This document shows positions 29,117 through 37,823 of a DNA stretch of 64,000 bases, one piece after another. Under the pieces are notes generated by a model. It had not been told where the DNA came from. It saw only the letters and a program-made list of their open reading frames with translations, and made no database searches. Source of the stretch: Candidatus Poribacteria bacterium (GTDB lineage Bacteria > Poribacteria > WGA-4E > WGA-3G). Each line of letters opens with the position of its first letter. Within the stretch, counting starts at the first letter, position 1. Location of the stretch: assembly GCA_964291315.2 (NCBI GenBank), contig OZ219750.1, positions 96,001 through 160,000 of the forward strand. Direction: 5' to 3'. A program made the translations under genes and the position numbers.

Positions 29117-29902
29117 TTATCTGTTTGACTTAATGTTCGCCCAAGACGTGGTAAGTTTGCCTTGCGGTTCTACGGGGGTCAGAAATGATGCAGCGTCTTG
29201 GTTCATACTGGCTTTTATTTCGTCAGCCGAGAGGGCTCGGTTCCAAAGTCTTGCTTCGTCGACACTGCCTGTCCAAGCTTCACCGCCCCAGGTGCCGATT
29301 GTCACAGCGCTTGTATTTTCAGCAGGAGCGACCGGGTTGCCGGATTCTTCAGAGTGGGTTACCTCGCCGTTCACGTAAATCTCTACTAAGCCGTTGCTAT
29401 CATCTGTGTGGGTATAAGCGAGATAATACCATTTACCGGTTTCCAATTCTGTTGCGTTGTCGTTGATGTCTTTGAATCCGCCGGTTGCGCCGTTGGTCCA
29501 GACTTTAATGCCGTTTGCAGGATTTGTCCCGAATCCGAACCCGATGTGTCGAGTTGCCCCGCTCTGCCGGGTTCCGAAAATAACGGCGTGTGCATTGGGC
29601 AGTTCGTCCAGCTGGACCCATGCTGCTTGTGTAATCGCGCCTTCAATATGGAAGGCGGGATCGTCTTGAATAAGGACGTGGTCTGCGGCAGCTCCGAATT
29701 GGAGGGCTTTGCCGAATTGTCCATCGATCCATTTCGCGTCGCCCATCACTTCACCTTCAAAGCCGTTCTCGGATAAATCTTGCGTTGTGCTCCCGGAACC
29801 TTCGTCGAGAGGCATATATAGAACAAGCCCTTCCATTAAATCGGCGTGAGAGAACGCTGGAGCCAAAAATAGACAGAGCGTGATTATTAAAAAGAGTTTC
29901 AT
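29117..29902 (-). CDS. LamG/concanavalin-like jelly-roll protein with TTW tail
   Basis: GLVLYMPLDEGSG...GQFGKALQF...WYYLAYT...IYVNG...GSVDEARLWNRALS; ends PVEPQGKLTTSWANIKSNR. Confidence 0.88.
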   Translation of the reverse strand: MKLFLIITLCLFLAPAFSHADLMEGLVLYMPLDEGSGSTTQDLSENGFEGEVMGDAKWIDGQFGKALQFGAAADHVLIQDDPAFHIEGAITQAAWVQLDELPNAHAVIFGTRQSGATRHIGFGFGTNPANGIKVWTNGATGGFKDINDNATELETGKWYYLAYTHTDDSNGLVEIYVNGEVTHSEESGNPVAPAENTSAVTIGTWGGEAWTGSVDEARLWNRALSADEIKASMNQDAASFLTPVEPQGKLTTSWANIKSNR

Positions 29903-30188
29903 GGGGTCTCCTTGACTAAAAAGTCAGAAATCTAAGGTTATGCTAGAATACTTAAGATATAGAGGACAGCAATTGCCCTCTCTTTTTTCGTTGCATTCTA
30001 ACAGGTTTGTATTTTTGTTTCAATAAAAAAATGTAGAAAAACAACAGGTTACATAAAACGTTTGAAAAATGAGTGGCGTTTGTGGTATTTTACACATCAG
30101 GGTTGGAGAAATAAGACTTTTGCTGCAGCCCATCAAGAGACGTTATTTTTTCTATATTTAACTTTAGCAAATAGGAGAACTGAAATAG

Positions 30189-31757
30189 ATGAACAATTTT
30201 TCACGTTTAAGTTTGCTTATACTAATGTGTGCAGGGTGTGGCTTGCTGTTTTTCGTGTTTCCTGCTGATCTACACGCCCAAAACGCTTCCCTAGAGTTTG
30301 TGCGCGACGCAGGAGCAGATAGGGTTTACGAGGTAGGGGATACCGTGGAAATAGTATTTATCGCCACATTGGGAGGTGTGCCTCAAGCTAACGTAGTCCT
30401 CAGAATTACAACTAACGGGATAGGGGATCTCCGTATTAGTAATGGCGGTAGGACGGATCTTTTGGGGCTAGTGAGAGTCACCGGTAAGATATTACTTAGC
30501 GATGCTTTTATTCAAGCTCATTGGATAGAGATAGGCAAGAGTGCCCGTGCTCACTTTATCACTGCGGAGGATAGCGTAAGCCCGGCCCTTATCGTCGTTA
30601 ACTCGCCTGATCCCAAAACCTCGCTAAAAATTGGGGATGCCTTCACACAGACGATTACGATCGAAAATAGGGCATCAAGATTTCCGACGCTGCCTTTATC
30701 GGCATGGCGCATGGACATCGTCTACAACCCAGAGATACTCCAAGTCGTTGAGGTCACAGAAGGCGATTTGCTAAAAAAGAACAAGGTGAATACCTACTAT
30801 GATGAGGGGTTATCGCGCGGTAAAGTCAGTGTCCTTCAGTCTCGCCCTGGCAATGCACGGGCCCCTGCTCCTGAAGGTATTGCTCTGGATCCCGGAGACA
30901 GAGGAACTTTGCTTACGATTGAATTTAAAGTGCTCGCGTTCGCAAAGGAGGCGTTAGGGATCCACAACGTCCAACTCTTGAGTTATTACATGGACAACGG
31001 GGAAAAGAAGCTTGAGCAGATGTCCTTCTCTATTCTGGTGAAAGATGTATTTGTCGCCACGCAGCGTATGCGGTATGCGAAAGAAGACGTTAACCAAGAC
31101 GAAAAGGTAAATGTTATCGATCTAATGGCGGTCGCTAGGAGCATGAGATCCCCCTCTGTCTCTAATGACACTCCGGCAGAAAACGTTGACTCGCGCGCCG
31201 ATGTCAACGGCGACGGTGCGGTGAATCTATTGGATCTCGTCCTAGTCTACACAAGTGATCTTTGGGGGAAAGCTGCCCCTGCGACAGTAGCAGAGTCAAG
31301 AGATGCCAATGAAGCATCCGCCTTTGCCCCTGCCGTGAGTTCTAATGTAGACCCCGCCATAATCCAGAGCTGGATCGACCTGGCACGCGTTCAAGATGAC
31401 GGCTCCGCTGTCTTCGATATCGGCATCGCGAAATTCGAAGCACTGCTCGCGGCCAGAAAGCCAAACGACACGAAGCTGCTGTTGAACTATCCGAATCCGT
31501 TCAATCCAGAAACCTGGATCCCGTATCAGCTGGCAGAAGCGACTAACGTAACAGTGACGATCCATGCGATGAACGGCTCCCTGATTAGAACGCTTGCATT
31601 GGGACATCAAACAGCTGGTGTGTACAAGAGCAAGAGTCGTGCAGCACATTGGGACGGCCACAACGAATTCGGTGAGCAGGTCGCCAGCGGGCTCTACTTC
31701 TATACGTTAACCGCCGGCGACTTCAGTGCGACCGGCAAAATGCTCGTTCGAAAGTAA
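30189..31757 (+). CDS. Secreted cohesin-like + dockerin + T9SS-type-A-like CTD protein
   Basis: Cohesin-like KIGDAFT...IVYNPEIL...EGDLL...GTLLTIEFKV; dockerin EDVNQDEKVNVIDL / ADVNGDGAVNLLDL; CTD LLNYPNPFNPETWIPYQL...ATGKMLVRK. Confidence 0.85.
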   Translation: MNNFSRLSLLILMCAGCGLLFFVFPADLHAQNASLEFVRDAGADRVYEVGDTVEIVFIATLGGVPQANVVLRITTNGIGDLRISNGGRTDLLGLVRVTGKILLSDAFIQAHWIEIGKSARAHFITAEDSVSPALIVVNSPDPKTSLKIGDAFTQTITIENRASRFPTLPLSAWRMDIVYNPEILQVVEVTEGDLLKKNKVNTYYDEGLSRGKVSVLQSRPGNARAPAPEGIALDPGDRGTLLTIEFKVLAFAKEALGIHNVQLLSYYMDNGEKKLEQMSFSILVKDVFVATQRMRYAKEDVNQDEKVNVIDLMAVARSMRSPSVSNDTPAENVDSRADVNGDGAVNLLDLVLVYTSDLWGKAAPATVAESRDANEASAFAPAVSSNVDPAIIQSWIDLARVQDDGSAVFDIGIAKFEALLAARKPNDTKLLLNYPNPFNPETWIPYQLAEATNVTVTIHAMNGSLIRTLALGHQTAGVYKSKSRAAHWDGHNEFGEQVASGLYFYTLTAGDFSATGKMLVRK

Positions 31758-31790
31758 GCTAGGTTGCTCAAGACCCGTTTCTATTAACCC

Positions 31791-31845
31791 AAAATCAGAC
31801 AATTGGCGTGTTTCTTAAGGAGATGCACCACTTGTCTGATTTTTT
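31791..31845 (+). terminator. Long hairpin terminator, copy 1 of the conserved CTD 3' element
   Basis: AAAATCAGACAA...TTGTCTGATTTT stem followed by a T run. Confidence 0.75.
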
Positions 31846-31929
31846 CGTTACCTTTTAGAAAATTTATGTTGCCCCAAACAGAAAAATTCTGTATAATTGT
31901 TTTAGACGCTCAGCCAATAGAGGATTAAG

Positions 31930-32124
31930 ATGCTTAATGAAACCCAACGCAAAGCTAAAGAGGAAGCGAGGATGCTTTTGGGCGGTTTCAATGCCTCCGC
32001 GTTGCGGGTGTATGTCGCAGATGCGCATTTTCCGATCGCCCAGCACTTCAAAAACCACTCCACCTTCGAGGGGTTCTCTGTCATTGTGGAAGTGACAGGA
32101 GAAATCCGGGCATCTTCAACGTAG
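31930..32124 (+). CDS. Small hypothetical protein (64 aa)
   Basis: Upstream TTGCCC-N17-TATAAT (31869-31897) and AGAGGA SD. Confidence 0.5.
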   Translation: MLNETQRKAKEEARMLLGGFNASALRVYVADAHFPIAQHFKNHSTFEGFSVIVEVTGEIRASST

Positions 32125-32215
32125 TGTGAAGATACAATCCGGAGCGTCATAGCAGCTAGACTTCTGCTAGCGGTGTCTGAAAGCTTTTTCTATTGGTATG
32201 AAATCAAAAAAAAGT

Positions 32216-32385
32216 TTGCAATATAGTTCAGTATGTGATATAATTAATATAAAATTTGACAATTGCGTATGGACACACTATAATTTTTACTAGAACGTAA
32301 AAAGCTTGCAAATTAGGTTACTTTTGTGGTGTTTTATACGTCAGTGTAAATAATCTTGACGTTCACGTTTTAGATAGTGTATAAT
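32216..32385 (+). promoter_or_regulatory. Three tandem sigma70-like promoters upstream of the 32577 gene
   Basis: TTGCAA-N17-TATAAT (32216-32244), TTGACA-N17-TATAAT (32256-32284), TTGACG-N18-TATAAT (32356-32385). Confidence 0.6.
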
Positions 32386-32576
32386 ATGTGCTAAAATGCT
32401 TTGATCGTTAATTCAGATCAAGCCGATAGCCAACATCCTCGGGTTTTTGCCCTGTGGGTTTTAGGTTCTAACAAGGTACTGCATGCTGATAGAGCGATAG
32501 CGTTCTGTCCGTTTATGGCAGTACATCAAGATAAATTGATATTTTCAAGATTAGATTTATATCGAAGGAGAAATCA

Positions 32577-34172
32577 GTGAATACGATTACTCGATTAAGT
32601 TCGCTTATGCTAATATGTGGGTGTGCCTTGCTGCTTTTCGGGCCTCCCGCTGACTTACACGCCCAACAAGAAGAGGAGGGGACTCCTAGTCTAGAGGTTC
32701 GGGGTGACAGAGGAAAAGGGAAAACTTACCATCTGGGGCAGGATGTAAGAACAATATTTTACCCTGCATTGGATGGTGTGCCTCAACTAGATGTAGATCT
32801 AGAAATTACAACTATCGGGATAGATAACCTCAATATTGCGCGTGACCCAGCTACTGCTGAAGTGACAGTCACCGGGGCTATATCATTAGAAAGAGGCTCC
32901 TATATTCAGGCTGTGTGGGTAGAGAAACAGCTCACAGCAAGGGAAGAATTTATCGCTGTGGAGGCTGGCGTAAACCCGGCCCTCATCGTTGTTAAATCCC
33001 CTGATCCTAAAGCAATGTTAAAAGTTGGTGATACCTTCACACAGATGATTAACATCGAAAATAGAGGGGCAAAATTTGACACTTTGCCTTTATCGGCGTG
33101 GCAGATGGATGTCGTCTACAATCCAGAAATACTCAAAGTGCTTAACGTCATGCACGGCGATTTCCTAACAGAGGGCGGTGACGTGAATACCCACTATGTT
33201 GAGATGTTATCGCCGGGCAAAGTCAGTGTCAGTGAATCTCGTCCTGGTTTGACTTCACCGCCAGTTCCGATGCCACCTACATCCATGGCCCCCTCCCCTG
33301 AAGGTGTACCTCTGGCTCCTGGCGGCAAGGAAACCCTGCTAACGATTGAGTTTGAAGTGCTCGCGTTTGCAGAGGAGGCGTTGGGGATCCACAACGTCCA
33401 ACTCCAAAGTTGTTACATGGACAACGACGGCATGCAGCAGAACGATCGCATCTCCTATTCCATTCTGGTTAGCGATGTGTTTGTGGCTACCGAGCATCAG
33501 TCTATGCATTATGCGACAGAAGATGTCAACATGGACGAGATGGTAAACGTTCTTGACTTAATGGAAGTGGCGAACATGATCGGATCTGCCGCTCATGGCT
33601 CGCGCGCCGATGTCAACGGCGACGGTTTTGTGAATGTATTGGATCTCGTCACAGTTTATAAGAGTGACCTTTGGGCGAAAGCTGCGCCTGCAACGATGGA
33701 AGACTCATGGGAAAGAGATGCCAATGAGGCAGCCCTCACTGCTCCTTCCGTGAGTCGCAGTGTGGACCCGACTACCATTCGGAGCTGGATTGATCTCGCG
33801 CGGGTTGAGGACGACGGTTCCGCTATCTTCGATGCCGGCATCGCAAAATTGGAAGCACTGCTCGCCTCCAAAATTCCGAGTGAGACGAAGCTGCTGCTGA
33901 ACTATCCGAATCCGTTCAACCCCGAGACCTGGATCCCGTATCAGTTGGCGAAGGCCACAGAGGTCACGCTGACGATTCATGCCATGAACGGCTCCCTAAT
34001 CAGAACGCTTGCATTAGGGCATCAGGCAGCTGGTGTCTACAAGAGCAAGAGTCAAGCCGCCTATTGGGACGGTCGTAATGAATTGGGCGAACAGGTAGCA
34101 AGTGGACTCTACTTCTACACGTTAACCGCCGGTGACTTCAGTGCCACTGGCAAGATGCTCGTTCGGAAGTAG
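32577..34172 (+). CDS. Paralog of the 30189 protein: cohesin-like + dockerin + CTD
   Basis: Same architecture; EDVNMDEMVNVLDL / ADVNGDGFVNVLDL; GTG start with AAGGAG SD. Confidence 0.85.
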   Translation: MNTITRLSSLMLICGCALLLFGPPADLHAQQEEEGTPSLEVRGDRGKGKTYHLGQDVRTIFYPALDGVPQLDVDLEITTIGIDNLNIARDPATAEVTVTGAISLERGSYIQAVWVEKQLTAREEFIAVEAGVNPALIVVKSPDPKAMLKVGDTFTQMINIENRGAKFDTLPLSAWQMDVVYNPEILKVLNVMHGDFLTEGGDVNTHYVEMLSPGKVSVSESRPGLTSPPVPMPPTSMAPSPEGVPLAPGGKETLLTIEFEVLAFAEEALGIHNVQLQSCYMDNDGMQQNDRISYSILVSDVFVATEHQSMHYATEDVNMDEMVNVLDLMEVANMIGSAAHGSRADVNGDGFVNVLDLVTVYKSDLWAKAAPATMEDSWERDANEAALTAPSVSRSVDPTTIRSWIDLARVEDDGSAIFDAGIAKLEALLASKIPSETKLLLNYPNPFNPETWIPYQLAKATEVTLTIHAMNGSLIRTLALGHQAAGVYKSKSQAAYWDGRNELGEQVASGLYFYTLTAGDFSATGKMLVRK

Positions 34173-34206
34173 GCTGGATTTACTCAAGACCTATTTCTAT
34201 TAATCC

Positions 34207-34263
34207 AAAATCAGGCAATCGGTGTATTTCCTAAGGAGATGCATCGGTTGTCTGATTTTTTTT
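34207..34263 (+). terminator. Long hairpin terminator, copy 2 of the conserved CTD 3' element
   Basis: AAAATCAGGCAATCGGTGTATTTC-CTAAG-GAGATGCATCGGTTGTCTGATTTT plus T run. Confidence 0.78.
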
Positions 34264-34268
34264 AAGCC

Positions 34269-34340
34269 GTAGCATAGGCTGTCGGTTTCCTGTGCTAGAT
34301 AGTCCAATAGGTTTGTATCCTATGCTGTCAGTTTGCTGTG
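34269..34340. repeat. REP-like units in reverse orientation
   Basis: GTAGCATAGGCTGTCGGTTTCCTGTGC 34269-34295 and a degenerate copy 34315-34340. Confidence 0.6.
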
Positions 34341-34368
34341 GGATATAACAGAGACATTTGGTTTCCAT

Positions 34369-36540
34369 TTGACTTCCGCAGTTCAGGTGTGATAAACTAT
34401 ACCATTACCGCAGCAACGATACGGGAAAGGAGCACACCAGCATTGCTGGCATTTCAGTCAATGCAGCTACTATGCAAGATCAACAAGACTCTAAGCGGCA
34501 CAGCCGATACGACACCGTCTCAAAGGCGATTATTCACCAAAACCCACAGGACTGGACAGAGTTCGCCCTCGGCACGGCAGACGTGGAGGCGATCCGCGTC
34601 TTAGAGACCGAGCAGCCGACCGTCCAGTCAAACAGAGCCGATAGTTTCATAGAGGTGAAGATCGGTGGAGAACCTGCGATTGTGCATCTTGAGATCCAGA
34701 CGCGCGACAGCGGAGCGGTGCCGATGCCGTATCGGATGGTGGGCTACATCGGCAGGGGTATCGAGCAGTTTCAACTGCCGATTTACTCACACGTCATCTA
34801 CCTGCACCCGCGGGCGGGACAGCGGGATCCAGGCGTATATGTGCAATCGTTCCCTGGGTATGAGGTGCGCGTCAGCTACAAGGTGATCCGTCTGTATGAT
34901 ATAGAGGGGTCGCAGGTCTTGGCTGCGGGTGTGAAGGGATTAATTCCGTTTGCGCCCTTGATGTGTCCCTCGGCGGATGCGTCGGGCGAGGCGTGGCTTC
35001 GGCGGTGTGTATCGGTTGCGGAGTCGGTGTATGAGGATGATGTATCAAAAGGCGAGTATTTGACAGATTTAGCGATATTGAGCGGATTGACATTTGAGTA
35101 TCCAGTGATCCGTAAAACGTTAGGGGAGGCAATCATGCAAGAGTCATCGGTTTTTCAACATTTCTATCAACAAGGCATAGAGCAAGGCATGGAACGCGGC
35201 ATGGAACGCGGCATGGAACGCGGACGAGAGGAAGGCACCCGAGAGAGCCTCATCGAGGGCATCCTCGAGACCTTGGAGCTGCGGTTCAACACAAGCGACA
35301 TATCACAGGTGGCATCTGTGCTTCAGCAGATTCACGCACTACCCCGTCTCAAGGGGCTCCGCAGAGAGGCCCTGCAAGCAGCGAGCCTGGCCGTGTTCCA
35401 AACGGTGTTACACAACAGCCGAGACACAAATTGACTTCCGCAGTTCAGGTGTGATAAACTATACCATTACCGCAGCAACGATACGGGAAAGGAGCACACC
35501 AGCATTGCTGGCATTTCAGTCAATGCAACCACTATGCAAGATCAACAAGGCTCTAAGCGGCACAGCCGATACGACACCGTCTCAAAGGCGATTATTCACC
35601 AAAACCCACAGGACTGGACAGAGTTCGCCCTCGGCACGGCAGACGTGGAGGCAATCCGCGTCTTAGAGACCGAGCAGCCGACCGTCCAGTCAAACAGAGC
35701 CGATAGTTTCATAGAGGTGAAGATCGGTGGAGACCCCGCAATTGTGCATCTTGAGATCCAGACGCGCGACAGCGGACAGGTGCCGATGCCGTATCGGATG
35801 GTGGGCTACATCGGCAGGGGCATCGAGCAGTTCCAACTGCCGATTTACTCACACGTCATCTACCTGCACCCGCGTGCGGGACAGCGGGATCCAGGCGTGT
35901 ATGTGCAATCGTTCCCTGGGTATGAGGTGCGCGTCAGCTACAAGGTGATCCGTCTGTATGATATAGAGGGGTCGCAGGTCTTAGCTGCGGGTGTGAAGGG
36001 ATTAATTCCGTTTGCGCCCTTGATGTGTCCCTCGGCGGATGCGTCGGGCGAGGCGTGGCTTCGGCGGTGTGTATCGGTTGCGGAGTCGGTGTATGAGGAT
36101 GATGTATCAAAAGGCGAGTATTTGACAGATTTAGCGATATTGAGCGGATTGACATTTGAGTATCCAGTGATCCGTAAAACGTTAGGGGAGGCAATCATGC
36201 AAGAGTCATCGGTTTTTCAACATTTCTATCAACAAGGCATAGAGCAAGGCATAGAGCAAGGCATGGAACGCGGCATGGAACGCGGCATGGAACGCGGCAT
36301 GGAACGCGGCATGGAACGCGGCATGGAACGCGGACGAGAGGAAGGCACCCGAGAGAGCCTCATCGAGGGCATCCTCGAGACCTTAGAGCTGCGGTTCAAC
36401 ACAAGCGACATATCACAGGTGGCATCTGTGCTCCAGCAGATTCACGCACTACCCCGTCTCAAGGGGCTCCGCAGAGAGGCCCTGCAAGCAGCGAGTCTCG
36501 CTGTGTTCCAAACGGTGTTACACAACAGCCGAGACACAAA
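34369..36540 (+). repeat. Direct tandem duplication of a promoter+Rpn unit (1062 bp + 1110 bp)
   Basis: Units 34369-35430 and 35431-36540 both start TTGACTTCCGCAG and end GAGACACAAA; they differ by four 12-bp repeats and about 19 substitutions counted by eye. Confidence 0.93.
34472..35434 (+). CDS. Rpn family PD-(D/E)XK nuclease (copy 1)
   Basis: YD...K...P, RAD, HLEIQT, MPYRM..Y, C-terminal GIEQ/GMER repeats and LELRF. Confidence 0.85.
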   Translation: MQDQQDSKRHSRYDTVSKAIIHQNPQDWTEFALGTADVEAIRVLETEQPTVQSNRADSFIEVKIGGEPAIVHLEIQTRDSGAVPMPYRMVGYIGRGIEQFQLPIYSHVIYLHPRAGQRDPGVYVQSFPGYEVRVSYKVIRLYDIEGSQVLAAGVKGLIPFAPLMCPSADASGEAWLRRCVSVAESVYEDDVSKGEYLTDLAILSGLTFEYPVIRKTLGEAIMQESSVFQHFYQQGIEQGMERGMERGMERGREEGTRESLIEGILETLELRFNTSDISQVASVLQQIHALPRLKGLRREALQAASLAVFQTVLHNSRDTN

Positions 36541-36559
36541 CGGAAACCAATCGGCGTAG
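35534..36559 (+). CDS. Rpn family PD-(D/E)XK nuclease (copy 2)
   Basis: As copy 1, with a longer GIEQ/GMER tract and C-terminal GNQSA. Confidence 0.85.
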   Translation: MQDQQGSKRHSRYDTVSKAIIHQNPQDWTEFALGTADVEAIRVLETEQPTVQSNRADSFIEVKIGGDPAIVHLEIQTRDSGQVPMPYRMVGYIGRGIEQFQLPIYSHVIYLHPRAGQRDPGVYVQSFPGYEVRVSYKVIRLYDIEGSQVLAAGVKGLIPFAPLMCPSADASGEAWLRRCVSVAESVYEDDVSKGEYLTDLAILSGLTFEYPVIRKTLGEAIMQESSVFQHFYQQGIEQGIEQGMERGMERGMERGMERGMERGMERGREEGTRESLIEGILETLELRFNTSDISQVASVLQQIHALPRLKGLRREALQAASLAVFQTVLHNSRDTNGNQSA

Positions 36560-36570
36560 CCGTTCAGAGG

Positions 36571-37365
36571 CTAGGGGGTGTTTCTTCGCAATCGTCTGAG
36601 TTCTGCTTGGAGCTCTGCGAGCTCTGCCTCTGCCCGTTCGGCGCGTGCCTCGGCCTGTCGGCGTGTGAAAGCCTCCTGCTCGGCACGCGCCTCTGCTTGT
36701 TGGCGTGTGAGGTTCTCCCGTTCGGCGCGTGCCTCTGCCCGTTCGGCGCGCGCCTCTGCGATCTCCTCTGGCAGCAGAAGCCACTCATCCAGAGCCGGAA
36801 TATAAAATCGTAAATCCCCAGACGAGAACAGGTAGAACTTCAAACCCAGCACTGACGACAACAACCCGCCATCCGACGCCCGAGACAACGCACGATAAAC
36901 GTCTCCGTCTAACGTCCAGCCCATCAGAGGCTCCGGCAGGTATAGCCCCTCTATATCACATAAAAAATAATCCCTGACACCTAAAGACGCATAAAGCCGC
37001 TTCTTCGCACCCAGATCTCGCTCATACGTCGTCTCACTCGCTAACTCCATCACGAAGTCCGGCGGCTTGCCCTCTTCCCAGACACGATACGTCCGACGCG
37101 TCTTCTGACCTATGCCCAAGGAAACCAGCACATCCGGGGACACCACTTTCCGCGGGTCACCCTCCACATAATACATCAGGATATCCCCAGAGACATACAC
37201 CTCTGGTCTATCAGAAAAAAAAGTTGCCAACGCTCGGAGGATACGCATCAGGGTGTGCCTATGCTCATCGCTCGCTGCCATGGGCTTACCGTCCGTTTCT
37301 GGGTAGAGTTGGGGTTCGTGTGTAGGGGCAGAAGAGACCGGCCCCGGAGGTTCATACATCGCCAT
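36571..37365 (-). CDS. Uma2 (DUF820) family endonuclease with C-terminal coiled-coil repeats
   Basis: YPETDGKPMA...H, SPDVLV, KPPDFVMELAS..T...D...K..LYA.LGV.DY; AEARAER repeats. Confidence 0.9.
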   Translation of the reverse strand: MAMYEPPGPVSSAPTHEPQLYPETDGKPMAASDEHRHTLMRILRALATFFSDRPEVYVSGDILMYYVEGDPRKVVSPDVLVSLGIGQKTRRTYRVWEEGKPPDFVMELASETTYERDLGAKKRLYASLGVRDYFLCDIEGLYLPEPLMGWTLDGDVYRALSRASDGGLLSSVLGLKFYLFSSGDLRFYIPALDEWLLLPEEIAEARAERAEARAERENLTRQQAEARAEQEAFTRRQAEARAERAEAELAELQAELRRLRRNTP

Positions 37366-37493
37366 TCCGAGTAATCCTTCTCTGTGAGAGCATTAGAAAA
37401 TCCGTATACCTCATTTTCAGAACATTACAGACAACCATTATACCACATTTTACCTCGAAAGTGCCAACCTATTTTTCGCTGTTTTGTGAGCCT

Positions 37494-37517
37494 GCACAAC
37501 CTAACAGGTTATGCTAC
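37494..37517. repeat. REP-like unit
   Basis: GCACAACCTAACAGGTTATGCTAC, consensus copy. Confidence 0.8.
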
Positions 37518-37823
37518 AAGACGGATGCTATAAGTACCTACCTATTGGGGTTGGGAAAGAATTATGAAACCTGCTTCGTCTCTATTACGTATAAAATAGC
37601 GAGCTGAATTCGTGTAGAGATCGCCTTGCGGAGATAGCAAATTATTGCGCTCATGCCACTATCTATAGAAAGGCTATTTTCAACGGTGATCTCTACTGTA
37701 TCTATCGACATTCAGTCTCACGCCATTTGGAAAGTTTGCTGAAAATAAAAATCGATAAACTGAATGAGCCATCTAAAAATTTCAAAAAAAATCTGCACCC
37801 TCGTGCAGCTTTAAGGAGACGGA

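Noticed and set aside
35060-35120. Internal promoter for the short Rpn product (two TTGACA hexamers)
   Set aside because: No acceptable -10 at 16-19 bp from either hexamer.
34472-36559. Calling the Rpn genes IS transposases
   Set aside because: No DDE/HUH motif and no target-site duplication seen; the family is a PD-(D/E)XK nuclease. Mobility is raised only as a hypothesis.
37594-37728. 6S RNA
   Set aside because: Too short and lacks a two-sided central bubble with a terminal stem; kept only as an unclassified hairpin.
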